A DNA stretch of 63,988 nt, filler included, from Pelomyxa schiedti (lineage: Eukaryota > Protista > Evosea), in the NCBI GenBank assembly GCA_020536535.1. It is 6 parts of 6 records of this genome, joined end to end, with 100 filler letters (N's around TTAATTAATTAA, not from the genome) between each part and the next. Parts side by side here need not be neighbours in the genome. Positions count along the whole stretch, not along the records: positions 1 to 25,467 come from JAHLWZ010000248.1; 5 more parts are not named here. One strand, given 5' to 3'. Below are positions 1 through 12,708 of this stretch, in pieces. Each line of letters starts with the position of its first letter. Positions within the stretch are counted from its first letter, which is position 1. The translations under genes were made by a program, and so were the position numbers. The notes under the pieces were generated by a model. That model did no database searches, had not been told where the DNA came from, and saw nothing but the letters and a program-made list of their open reading frames with translations.

Positions 1-3000
1 GGAGGATGCGGTGGGTGAGGCCACCCGAGGCGGCGGCGGCTGTGCGGAAGCGGAGGCGGAGGCGCCGGCGGAAGGAGGACGTGCGGCCGAGCGTGATCCC
101 GAGGGAGTGGGCGTGGGCGTGGGCGTGACGACGAACGCGAGTGCTGCGGCAGCCGGCGGCGGGAAAGGTGCGGAGGAGCAGGAGCAGGAGCAGGAGCGGG
201 AGCAGGGGGAAGAGGAGGAGGAGGGGGGGGAGGAGGAGGGACGGCCTGTGCTGCCTCTGAAACACGCGAGGGATGGGTGCACTGAGCAACTGGAGAACCA
301 AGTCAGGAATGAAGTCCAAAGAGACGGGCAGCAGTCGGCGACCGCGCACCGTTGCGGAGGTGGCGGCGGCGGCGGCGGTGGTGGTGATAACTCACGCACA
401 GTGGGATCGAAAAAACGAAGGGTCGCAAAAGCAAATGCACAGCAAGGTGTGATATGTGATAGATGGATGTCTTTACTCAATGTCTTTTTCTTCTTCTTCT
501 TCTTCTAACCATTGGCAGACGGCACTCTGAAGGCAGAAAGGGTATGACTCCAGTGTTGGTTTTATTCTAAAGAGTGGCGCAGGTTCCAGTCACCATTACG
601 TTGGCTTGCATTGGCGCACCTGAGATGAGTGGTAACCTTGTAAGAGAAGACACTCACTACAAAGAGCTGCTGGAAGATATCCTATCAAATATCAAAGGCA
701 TCTTCCCAGAAAAATCCCAACCTTTGTACTAAACTTTTTAAGGTGAAAAGCCTGCACCTGCAATTGCCACCCTGAGGGTCAAACTCACTGCCCTCCAACG
801 TGCCAGGCACATCCACAGGACACCACAAAATCTATTCTTCATTTCAACAGTTATTCCAATTGCCACATCTAGGGCCCTCCAGAGGTTGGCTGTCTTCGAG
901 TTTTTCATATTACTTACCACCCTGTGTGCCAGGGTAGGTCTTGATACAGAAACCCAGTCCGAAGTTGAAACATTTCTTTTTGAAGTGCTCCGCTCAGTAA
1001 TGTTGTTCATGAATGAGGACCTTCCTGCACTGTACAAATGCTTACCAAGAATATTCCGCAAAACTAAACCATTTTATACCCAAGTAAATTGCAACTTCAC
1101 TCAACTTCTTCCATTAAAAAACCGGTGCAGAACTTCACATATGCGCAAATTTTGCACTGTTTCTTTGAAAATGAATGGATGACAGAAATTGCCAACCGTG
1201 TGAAAAACTCGACCCACATGCCTTTGTCCTGTCTTTATTCCACTGTTAAATTTTTGCTTCATGTGAGTAACACATACATAAGATTTCCCTCTATTAAATC
1301 CTGATAGGTGACGCCTAATGCGGAATCACAGTATTTTAAAACTGTCATTGGAACCTTAAGGCGCCCAATTTATAGTCACCTGTCAGCCTTGACTCGAGAT
1401 GATATAAGATTCTCCCCCAAAAAAACAATTCATGGGATTTTTGAATGCTTTGCCGCAGTTCTGATTCATGTGTGTCCTTTTTCCTTTGTAATTGATTGTC
1501 TGAACAGATTTAGGTCGGTATAAAACCTGGTTCAACACAAGACACCTGCATTTTCTCAGTGGGAGACAAGTGCTTCAAGTGTGAATCTCTAGAAAAGAGG
1601 ATTGTTGGTTTAAATCTCATCAAGGTTGTCAATAAATTGTGCGGAGGAAATTCTAAATCCTCACAGCTACTGGTTGAAGGGGTTAAAAAGCCAATGTCAG
1701 ATGTCCAGGAACATAATATTCAGGCAGTTGATACTGGCCTCAGTGTTTCCCTTTCCAAGAGGTTTCTGTCAACTCTACCACACACCATTAAGACCTACTT
1801 TAGCGCTGTTATAGAGATGCTGGAAGAAAATGATTTTGTCGAAGCATTATTTGGTCCATCAATGCATGTTGAACTCATTGAGCGAAGTTTTGAAATATTA
1901 CTTTTTATAGTACAAGAGAATCACTTAAATCAAAAACATTTGGAACTCATTTGGGGTGTCACAGTGGTATAAGTATCTCTTACCCTTAAGTTCATTGACT
2001 AATGACCAGGGTTCTCACGAAACAGTGGTCAACTGTGTTATCCCTATGTTGGCCAAACTTCAATTTTATTTTTCCTTCCGTGCTGTTATATTCATTCTGG
2101 AGTGCTTGAGGAATACCCCTTTTTCTGTCTATACATCTCACCACTGCCGCCTTATCTACAAGATGGGATTTTACCACAGCAAAACAACACAGGTTTCATT
2201 CTTTTTTTTTTTCAACAAGACCAAAACAGTTTAGGTGGCTGAGGGTTGTTGTGACATTCTGTGGGCGATCATCCAGGATAAGACTGGTCTAAGTGTAGAA
2301 TTGACCACACAGGCACTGAGTGACCTCCCAAAGTTGATTCGGCATGCAAACCTAAAGTAAGGAAACAAAGTAATGCAATGTTCTTAATGTGATTCAGGGC
2401 CTCGTTTCTTGGTCATTGCATTAAAAATCTAAAAGACTGTATTTCTGTTATACCATCTCTAAAGGTTTTACGTGCAGTCATTGAAGGTGACTAAGAGAAT
2501 TCCGGAAACTACACACTTAACAATTTATCAGCCAATAGATCACAAACCAATAGTATGTCTGAAGAACTTGGCTCCCTCGAAAAGAAATACAACTTACTGC
2601 ATGTCCTCATTCAGGTATCGCTGCCATTTTCTATTTATATTTATGCTCTTTAAGGATCTCAGGATTTTCCAAGATTGTATTAAAGAAGCTGTCACTCACA
2701 ACCCAAGGTAAAATGTTTCATGCAAAGTAGGAATGGCTTTTTTTAAGTAGTTACAGTGCAGACATTTTCAATACGCCAATGTATGGTACAAAGGCAACCT
2801 TACAAGCTCATTTCAGCTGCTGTTTTGATTTTTTAACCTTTGTTGTGTGCAACTCAGCGATGGTTCTTAGTCAACACAACATTGATGTAATAAATCAAAG
2901 CAATAAATGATTGTACCTCACAACAAACAGGAACTTTGGGACACCCTCATCACACAGTCCACTTTACAGCAGGAAAAAGAGTTGGCATTGCACTGGTTTC

Positions 3001-6000
3001 TGCAGACGCTATTACAGGTAACAATTTTTCTGGGTGCATTTGCTCACTTCTTCCCAACAGAGCCTTAAGATTGTTGAGATTCATGACTACTTCATTACTG
3101 CAAAATTACCTTCTCTCAACTTCACGGATACAACAGTCGCTGTCTGTAGTTTGATAATAGGGTTATTTAAGCATGTCAACTATAATACTGGGGCTCTCCG
3201 CTTCAGTGGAGCCTCACTGGAAGTGTGTGATTCCGAACATTTGAAGGGTGTTGAGATTCTGTGGCGAATGGCCTTAGAAGCCAAGGAACAGACAGTAGGG
3301 AATTATGCAATTCAGACATTACTTTCTTTGCAACAGAATGTATGTCACTTGGTTTTTCCCCCTTCGTCAACTGATCTTTACAAAAAGATGAGCCCTGCAC
3401 TCAAGTCCCATGTTTGTGCACTTCAGAGCCAATTTGTTTCCTTGTGCATGGAAAAGTTGTCTGCAGCAAATCAGGGATTGCATGCAATGGATGAACTCTG
3501 TAAAGTGCAAGCTCTGCGCACAGTGCAGCGCATACTACAAACTCTTAAGGTTAGACTTCACAGACTAAGAAATACATACTTACATTACAGCAGGACTTGG
3601 TCAAAAACACCTCAGGGAAAAATACACATGGAAGACGATGTGTGGGTGGTGTACTACCACTGACAGTAATTGTTCCTGAACCGACTGGACCTCATGTTCT
3701 CGCTGTCAAAATGAGGGAAAATGACACTATACTGCAACTAAAGATAGCAATTAGCTCGCAGTGAGTTAAGCAGCAATTTCTAAAGCTTCTGAGTGCCTTT
3801 AAGGTGTCAGTTTCTGAGCCAGAAATCTTTTACTCTTTATGAGCCACATCATGATTGGTGCTATGACACTACACTTGTCAGCTTGGGTAACGCAGAAGTT
3901 TATCTTAGTGGTGAAGGAAGTACACTTGCCCACCACCATCTGCAGCCAGGAGCCAAACTCTTTGTTGAACTCCTAACCCCTCAGGTTATTAAATAAATAA
4001 TAACTAATCTCCTATTTACTTTTCCGTAGCAAGAGAACACTTTGCCCAAAAATCCTGAGGTTCTGTTTATTGCACAGCTATATTATTTCCTTACATGTTC
4101 CAGTGTCCTATTACAGAGGAAGCATCAATTCACCCAGTCAACGTTCTGGCTCAAGAGCACCACTTTACTCAATTATTTGAGGTCTTTGGATACTCAGACA
4201 ACTTGAGTGGCGAACTTGCCTGGGACTTACTCAATGCACTGCCTACAAACGATAAACAGCTGAAAGCCCTTGTGTCTATAGGAACAGAAAATACACCTCC
4301 AAACTGGGGGCTGTTGCTAGATACACGGTAGTTATCATTGAATTTTTTCTTCCTTTCACTGAACTGTGTACAGCTCAATTTTTAAACTGCTGTATTCACT
4401 TATGATTATTGCATCATTCCTCGAGGAATCAGATGACACCAAAGAGGAGCAGGAACGCACCCAGTGGAGAACAACTTTCCAACAGCAAAATGGCCTCAGC
4501 TATCTTATTAATGATGTGTTTATCCCTATCAACTTTGGAGATACCATCTTCGGACCAAAGAGAAGGGCCTGTCTTGGCATATTGTTGACAATTATAAATT
4601 ACTTTTTGATTGGTATTCAAGCTTGCCATCAATGAATGTCTGATAATAAATAGACCCCTCAACAGAAACCCTGAAGGAAGGGCAAATGCCAAATTTGGAA
4701 TTCTTTCCTCTCGTGCAGAAGCTTATGCTTGAAATTCATAACTCTGCTTCATCCCCGCCTCTTCCCAAGGACATGGGAATTTATGAAGTGAGAAATCTTT
4801 GCAGGAATACTCTTCCTCACATATATTAGGATGATGACCTTGTTGCATCCCGGTCTGTTACATTGTTTGTTTCATGTGTCCAGCAAAACCCAGATTTGTT
4901 ACATTCAGTCTTGACCGTACTGCACGTACTGAACTCTGATTGACATTTTTACATCATCTAGAGTGGTGATTTCGATTCATGGCTCTCAAGCTCCCTGCTG
5001 CATAGCCACAACACTCGGGTGAGACAAGCCATTTACCGAGGGTTTTATAAACTGTGCACTCACCAAATATCTCTGTGTGTTGTCATACATCATTTTCCTC
5101 TCTAATTTCAAGGAGGAACCAAGAACCTTCAACACCCCTGTCTGAGTTCTTTCTGACAAAGCTTTGTCAAATTCTTCAAAGCCTCGATGCAACAGTGAAT
5201 ACTTGTGAGCAGTACTTCACCTTCTTAGCTCAGGTGTGTTGAACATTTTCTCATGTTTTGTCTTCTAACAAACTGAAAGCTTATTGAAGAGTCTTGCAAG
5301 AATCCTGAAAAAGTACATATGTTGCATCCTCTAGCCACTTCTCTTGTAGAAATGATTAAATCGCACCCAATCATGGAAACGAGATGGACTGGTTCACTTG
5401 ACTTGTTCCTAATGGGTCTTATGATGCTCACAACGATTTTTCTCAAACACTCTGATACGTTCAGGTCGCAAGCTTCCATGGAGTAGGCTTTATCCCCTCT
5501 GCTTTATACTCTCCTCATTCAATCAAAAGGCTTGGTTTGTTTGAGGAAGTGTATCACAAATGCCTCTTTGACATGCCTACGACTGATGACCATGGCCCCT
5601 TGGCACCTCCCAAGTGCAAGGTTCGTATATTTTTTAGGGTACAACAATTGCCTTACCAGGGCATTAGACACAGATTTCGCGCAAGCGTGCATATACTTTG
5701 TTGGAAGAGCTGTGTACTTGCCCAAGCAACCTAGAGAAAGTGTGTGAGCTCATAAGTTCACAAAATCTGCCAAGCCAGAAACCTCTTTGGAATTGTACTC
5801 CCGATTCCTTTGTCAAGCATGCTGGTGATTATGTTGGCCTTTCAAATCTGGGTGCAACTTGTTACATGAACGCATTGTTACAACAACTCTACATGCACGT
5901 TGCTTTCCGATACAGGTGAGCAAAAAAATGTCTTTGTCCTCTCACTTAAAAAAAAAAAGTATGTTGCAATCGAGACTCCACCCTTCAACAAATAGAGAAG

Positions 6001-9000
6001 AGTCTGTACTTTACCAAATACAAAATCTATTTAGTGGGCTTCAAGAAAGTGAAAGAAAGTTTCTGGACACACGGCCACTATGCAACGCAATTAAGCGTGA
6101 TGGTTCACCTCTAAATACCTTGATTCAAATGGATGCTGACGAATTTTTTGCTCAACTTTTTGATACACTTGATTCTGAACTGAAGAAAGGTGGAAATGAG
6201 GTATTTGTCCAACACTTCTGAAACTTCCCAGCACCCACATCCTCATAACAGGATATACTTCAGAAATACTTCGGGGGCACTGTGTGCCACCAAGTTGTAA
6301 GTAAGGAGTGCCCGCATGTAAGTGAAAGAGAAGAGAGTTTCTTCACTTTGGCCCTTGAACTGAAAGGCAGGGGTACCCTCAATGAGTCTTTGTTGCATTA
6401 CATTGAAGGCGACCAGCTTACTGGTGATAACAAGTACTTCTGTGGGACATGCCAGGCCAAGGTGATTTTTTTTTGGCCGCCTCTGAATGAAACTAAATGC
6501 AAACAGGTTGATGCAGTTAAACGCTGCTGTTTGGCAAAACTTCCTGCCTCGCTCGTTATTCACAGCAAGCGATTTGAATATGATTTTGAACTGATGAGAA
6601 GGATCAAGGTGAACGACCTCTATGAGTTCCCAATGAAACTGGACCTAGAACCATACACCAAAGAGGGCCTAGCTCGAAGGGAGAAAGGTTTTGGGTTTCC
6701 CCTCATTGGTCTCGTAATAGTAAACTAGGCGTTTCCCCTCTAAGTCCTACAAGTTGTGAATATGATCTTGTTGGTGTTTTAGTTCACAGTGGTACGGCAG
6801 AGAGTGGTCATTACTATAGCTACATCCGGGAGCGAAGCACACCAGACGGAAGTAATCCAAAATGGCTCCAGTTCAATGACACTTATGTGGAGCCATTTGA
6901 TATATCTGTCAGACTTTATTTTTTTATTTCTCTCTCTGATAATCTTAGGGGCTGCCAAGACAATGCTTTGGAGGCACGGAAACGATATTGTCAACACATC
7001 CACAGACACACCAGCAAATCTCCCAAAATGTTCCTCGGTAATACATGTATTCCAAAATATTCGTTGTATAACTTGCATTCTCAAGGGTTTATAACGCGTA
7101 TATGCTCTTCTATGATAAATGTGACACCAAACATCCTCCCATGTGTCCTGCTTCGCAGCTGATACCCGCCGATATCTTCCAAGCGTTGTGGGCAGACAAT
7201 ACCACCCTTTTACAAGCAAAAAACATCTTTGATGACGACTACACTGGCTTTCTTGTCCGTGTTCTTAGCGCAGCCGCGCACTTAGACCCTGGCATGTACA
7301 AGCAAAAAAAGATGAAGGGAGGGACTAACTTTTAACAGGTAATAGAACGCTTCTAACTGCGGCGAAGGCAGGAACCAGATTTTTATTCAATACTCTTGCA
7401 AGATCTCGTTCTCGAACTCATATCTCTCAAATTGTGGAGTTACTGAAGACATTCTATTCCCGCTGTACAGAAGTGTGGCTTGATCATGCTCCTGTTCTTT
7501 CTACCCTATTTCTAGGTTGCCGAAATATGGATCACAGAAATGCTAAATGGTTGTTGTACACTGAAGCAGATCCTATTGGACAACCCAGCTGCTGAAGCAA
7601 GGAATGTGGCGGAAACTTTATTGGTGCATGCTATCTCCGCTCTTTGCCCCAGCAACAGGCCACTATATGGCCAGTATCTGGTATTTTCCTTGAAATTTAA
7701 TCATGTGTAATCTTGTATTAGGAACCTCAAACCCAACACGAAGTGGATTGCGCAGTAAACAAGCCAAAATTGTACCATGTCCGTTACTGTTTTCTTGATT
7801 TCTTCTCAACTGCTTTTTCCTAGCACCCTTTGCAACCTCCTATCCCTGGAACTCCTATTTCTCTGATCATAAAATTCCTGGATCTCCTTTTATCTCTGGT
7901 ATGTATTGGTTAGGTCCAACTCCCTGCTTACTCAATCTTCTCTCTTCAAGCAAAGCGAACTTACAAGGTATTGGAGATCTTTCTCACAGTATTTCAAGCT
8001 TTTTTTCGATTTTGCCAATCTTGGAATTCTCGAGGTTGAACCCATCCTCCTTTAGTTTAAATTGAACACCATTAGAAGTCCTACATCATTGAAAGGAGAG
8101 TTGTTGAGCAATTTTTGGACTTATATATGGGCAACGAATCTCCCTGGGCCCAGGTTATTTCGTCCCCCCCCCCCCCGCGCTCGTCTGATTTGGAGTTAGC
8201 TTCATGGAAGCACCCAGGCCCACATGGGTGACAAATTCGCCTCGCCTGACTTCACATACCTTTTTTCACTTGTAGCTTTGATGGTTCCCGACATTCAAAA
8301 GACAGACACCCAGTTGAAGAAATCCATTCTTTCACTCCCAGTGAGAAGGAGTTATTCACTACGTTACACTCAATTTCCGCAGAGTTTTTATTCTAGGCTT
8401 CTGAAGGAACCAATTAACCCTATTGATGTCGGACAGATAGTTCAAGTTATGGGTGAAAAAAACCAGGACCTAATGCAAACAGTAATTAGCAGCAGCAAAA
8501 ATGTTTATTTCCTCTTCAAAACTTTCTCGTACTCAGTAGAATACAGGCAGTTGGAAGTGTGAGTGGAGACGTGTTTAAAACATTCTTTGCAGCACTAAGG
8601 GGACTGACCCAAATTCAAGATAACGCAGATGGCACAAGAATTTCGAACATAATTTCCTCCATTTTGCCGTATGTTTGCAAGAACCAACTAAACTCTGAAG
8701 CACACTTGTACAGTACCCTTAAAGAAAACCGTTCTCACCAAGAGAACTCAGTTCAGTTACTCCAGTGGTTGCTGGATATGATGAAAACTGATTCTCGAAC
8801 CAAGTTTTTTATTTACACTTGAACTCCCTTTTTCCTAAAGACCACATAAGGCGCCCGCTGTGGGATAATCGCAAAAGCATTGAGGTCTTACTGGTTATCG
8901 CTTCCACCACAGACAATGTGAAAGAAACGGCTGCCAACGTTTTGAAGATACTTGTGCTTGATTCTAGTGGTACACTACAAACAAGAGATGTGGAGACCCT

Positions 9001-11405
9001 TTTCAGAGACATGATGGAGCTGTGTTCCACAGCAAAACAGCATTTGCCCGCAATGTACCACACTGATGGACAGAAAACCACAGCTGAGAGTACCACACCC
9101 AGCTTGAAGCTTCTTCAATTTGGGAAGTTACTTAATTGGTGCTTCACTGGAGATTCGCAGCACAGCACTGTAGTCACATTTGATTCCCTTTTTTGGTCTT
9201 ACTTTTTTCCAGTTTCTCAAAATGGTTGCTAACTTCACTGAATTGCTGCGTGAGGTGGATGCGAGGCACTGCAACCTCGATGAAAGCAAAGTTGAAATGG
9301 TTAATTTGTTTTTAAACGACACAGCTCACAAATGTATCAGAACAGATTGCTGTTATCTGCATGTGACAAAATTCCTGAGGTGCTAAAGCATATGGTTACT
9401 ACCTGTTCAAGTTGGTTAGCTCAATTCCACGTACGTTGAATGACATCATCACCCTTCTGTGACCACGCACTATAGATCAGTTTGAATACTACCAAGGAGT
9501 ACACAAACTTCAACGCTGTATGTTCTTCTCAAATCTTACTTCTCTAACACTGGGAAACAACAAAAAAGAGAGCAACCCCACCATACTATGGAACAATCTG
9601 CTTGATGTGCAAACACAGCCCCGAATTCTTGCACTTGTTTGGTTTCCACGTTAATTTGCTCTGGGCCTCACGTCACATTCTCTCCTCTGCCTTTTATATC
9701 CCTGAAGTATGCTTTCAAGTTCCAAACACTCAGACTCACCCCTCTAGGCTGCAGACTCCATTCTCGAGATTCTACATATGGCAGCTAATAATCATGATTG
9801 GAGTGCGGAGTTCAGATCGAAGACTATCCCGAGTGTTGTAGGAGCGTGTGCCAATTTATCTGAAAACTCCACTTCAGTTCTGAGGTATTACCTTCATTCT
9901 AGAATGCTTCTAATGGTCCTGCAGTGCCTTGAAAGTGCTGATGCAGACCGAACCTGATCAAATAGTGTTCTGTACTTGTAAACCTGACTCATGTGCAGCC
10001 ATACAAGCTATTCTCAACGTAAAGTCTTTCTTACTTTGGTGAATCTTACGTGGTTTCCAGTTTCTTAAACTGCACCACAATACTGGGCATCTGGCTGTGT
10101 CAGCTGGAATAATTGAGCCTGCACTGTGTGTTCTCTCACTGGCTACCCAGTGGCTCAACAGAACTACACCAGACCTTGCTGACATGAAAAAATTGTTCAT
10201 AGAAATTATGAAGGGTACCACACTGGTGTGTCTCCGTTTTTCGGGTTCTCAGACCTCAAATTCTCTTCCAGGATGAGCTTACTACTTGTCTGCACGGGAT
10301 TTTGAAAGAGATTACATCTTCTCCACAAACCTCACACTTACACGATGTTGTTGAACAAAGTTCATCTATCTTAATGACACTTTGCAGGTACGTTCTCCAT
10401 TGGTAGTTTGTTTTCCTCACAGCCAAGGTGCAGACTGAAAGAGTGTTGTCTGGCCTACACAGTGAACTGTCTCCAAAAAGAATACATCTCTGCCTCCAAC
10501 GCGCAATACATTACCTTTGGCCAGGAGGCCATGAAACTTTATATGTCTAGTTCTCTCACAAAGCCGTCTCCTGATCCTCGTTCTCTGGAAATTGGATTTG
10601 ACTATAGTATGAAACACCCTGTATCACAGGTCTAATTTCTGATAGTGATTGATTCAAGTTTGCGGCAGCCCACAGTTGGCGGATTGGGATTTCTTTGTAC
10701 AATTTTGGACTCCGTGCCCCAACCTGACTTTCTCATTGAAACATTGTGGGCCGGCTCTATGAAGTTCCAGGGGGTCTGGCATGATTTGCTTTCCGGCAGC
10801 ACTAGTAGCAGTTCTATAACACCCTTTTTTATCCGCTTTTACCCTTTGGTGTGGAAAAGCCCCCTCTCCTTTTCCTAACTGGTTTTCAAGGTTTCCAAGC
10901 TGTTGTCTGAGAACCTCAAAATTAATGTGAACGAGCACTTATGGCAGCAGGTGCATTCTCTGGTGCATGATTCCGCGCAACTACCCCAGGAAGAGCTGGT
11001 GCCATTAATGAACGTGTGTATTGCTTAAACAATCCTCCGGCTCCTAACCTCCGCTCCCAGCTTATTGCTCAACTGCAAGCCTGCTCCCATGATGCTGTAT
11101 TCCTACCTCTTCTCAAATCGAGCCAGACCCACTCGGACCTCCTCGCCAGGCTAGCTTCCCAAACAGCCGAGCTACCCGCATGCTCCACCTCCACTACTAC
11201 CACAACTACACTACACACCGAAACCGGGTCCGCAACTCCCACCGGTGCGGCCTCCACAACAACAGACCTTAGTACCGCGTCCACAGCAGTACTTCCGGTA
11301 TCCACTACAACTGCTCCAACACTCCCAACAACTATCACACCGTCCACAGCCCGTTCATACATACATGAAGCCACCAAGTCCATTCTGGCACTGCTTATGC
11401 CGTAA
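1..11405 (+). CDS. Large ubiquitin carboxyl-terminal hydrolase (USP/C19, USP9X/24/34-like); many introns, 5' end probably outside the window
   Basis: Cys box GLSNLGATCYMNALLQQLYMH (~5836-5898), QMDADEFF (~6126), His box YDLVGVLVHSGTAESGHYYSYIRER (~6761-6835), KRFEYDF/KVNDLYEFP motifs. Continuous + strand exon chain with short introns ending at TAA 11403-11405. Confidence 0.9.
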
Positions 11406-11570
11406 CCAAAAGGCACAGACAGGTAAAAAGGAAGACCCAGTAAAAAAAAAGAACAAAGAAACTTTGGCTTTGAGAAAAGCCTTGTTATGGTTTACTTATT
11501 TTCTACACAAGAGAAACCAAGGTTCAATGAGGGGAGTAAAAAAATGAAAACATTCACAAGTAGAGGGCCC

Positions 11571-12436
11571 TCAAAGCTCCTGGGACTGGCTTTCTTCCGC
11601 CTTGGTTGATTTCCTGTTGCAAACAGTTAGAAATGGTTTCCGGAATTAAAGTGGGGGAAGCTGCGCACTTGGGAAGGAGAATGGAGTGGATGTTGGGCAA
11701 GACACCACCAGAGGAGATGGTCACGTCCTGGAGGAGCTTGTTGAGTTCCTCATCGTTTCGGATGGCGAGCTGAATGTGCCTTGGAACAATCCTTTGTTTG
11801 TTGTTGTCTCGGGAGGCATTACCGGCAAGTTCGATGATCTCGGCAGTGAGGTACTCAAGAACTAATATTAAGTCAGTTTTATTGTGCCGCGAGATGAAAG
11901 CGGCATACCAGCAGCGAGGTAGATGGGAGCACCGGCACCAATCCTGTCAGCAAAGTTGCCTGTCCTCAACATTCTGTGGATTCTTCCAACTGGGAACTGA
12001 AGACCGGCCTGTAGCAATATTAGTACAAAAAAAAAAAAAAAAAAAAAAATAAACTTATCAAGAAATATAGCTAAAAGGCCGGAATGAATACCTTGTATGA
12101 CCTGCTCCTTGTGTGGTCCTTTGTGTCGACTTTCTTCTTTGCGGAACCGGATGTCTGTCCCTTCTTCCTTCCCCTGCCTGTGCCAGTCGCCGCCTTCTTG
12201 GACGACGAAGACGCGCCCTTCTTCTTCCCGCCGCTTCCGGACTTTGACCCCCCCTTCTCCCCAGACTTTCCCCCGCTCCTGTGGCTGCCCCCACTCTTGC
12301 TCCCGCTGCCGCCCTTCTTTGACGATGATGACGTCTTTTCAGCCGGTTTTTCAGGGGCGCCTTCAGCGGGTGTGGGTGCCTCCACGCTCTCGGACGTCTC
12401 AAGGTTGCTTTCTTCCAACTGTGACGATGTAGACAT
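11571..12436 (-). CDS. H2AX: Histone H2A.X-type variant with long N-terminal extension (3 introns)
   Basis: Spliced product contains [64 protein letters not shown] and ends [13 protein letters not shown] (SQ-E-hydrophobic motif). Confidence 0.92.
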
Positions 12437-12708
12437 TGTCGCTTATTGTTTTGTTGGGTTTTTGTGTCGCTTTTTCGGGGTGTCGCGTGCCTTGGTTTGT
12501 TGTCGAAGTTTTTTTTTTTAATTAAAAAAATGATAAATTAATTCAAGGGTTACTTTGTGTCGGACTCAAGCGAAAACAATACACGTCAAGAGGCCATTTT
12601 GGACCAATAGGAGATCAGTTCGCGGATAGAAATAAGAGATTTCTTTTTCTTTTTTTTTCCCTTCCGTTAAATAGAACTTGTTTGATTTCGTACGTGCTAG
12701 TCTCAGAA

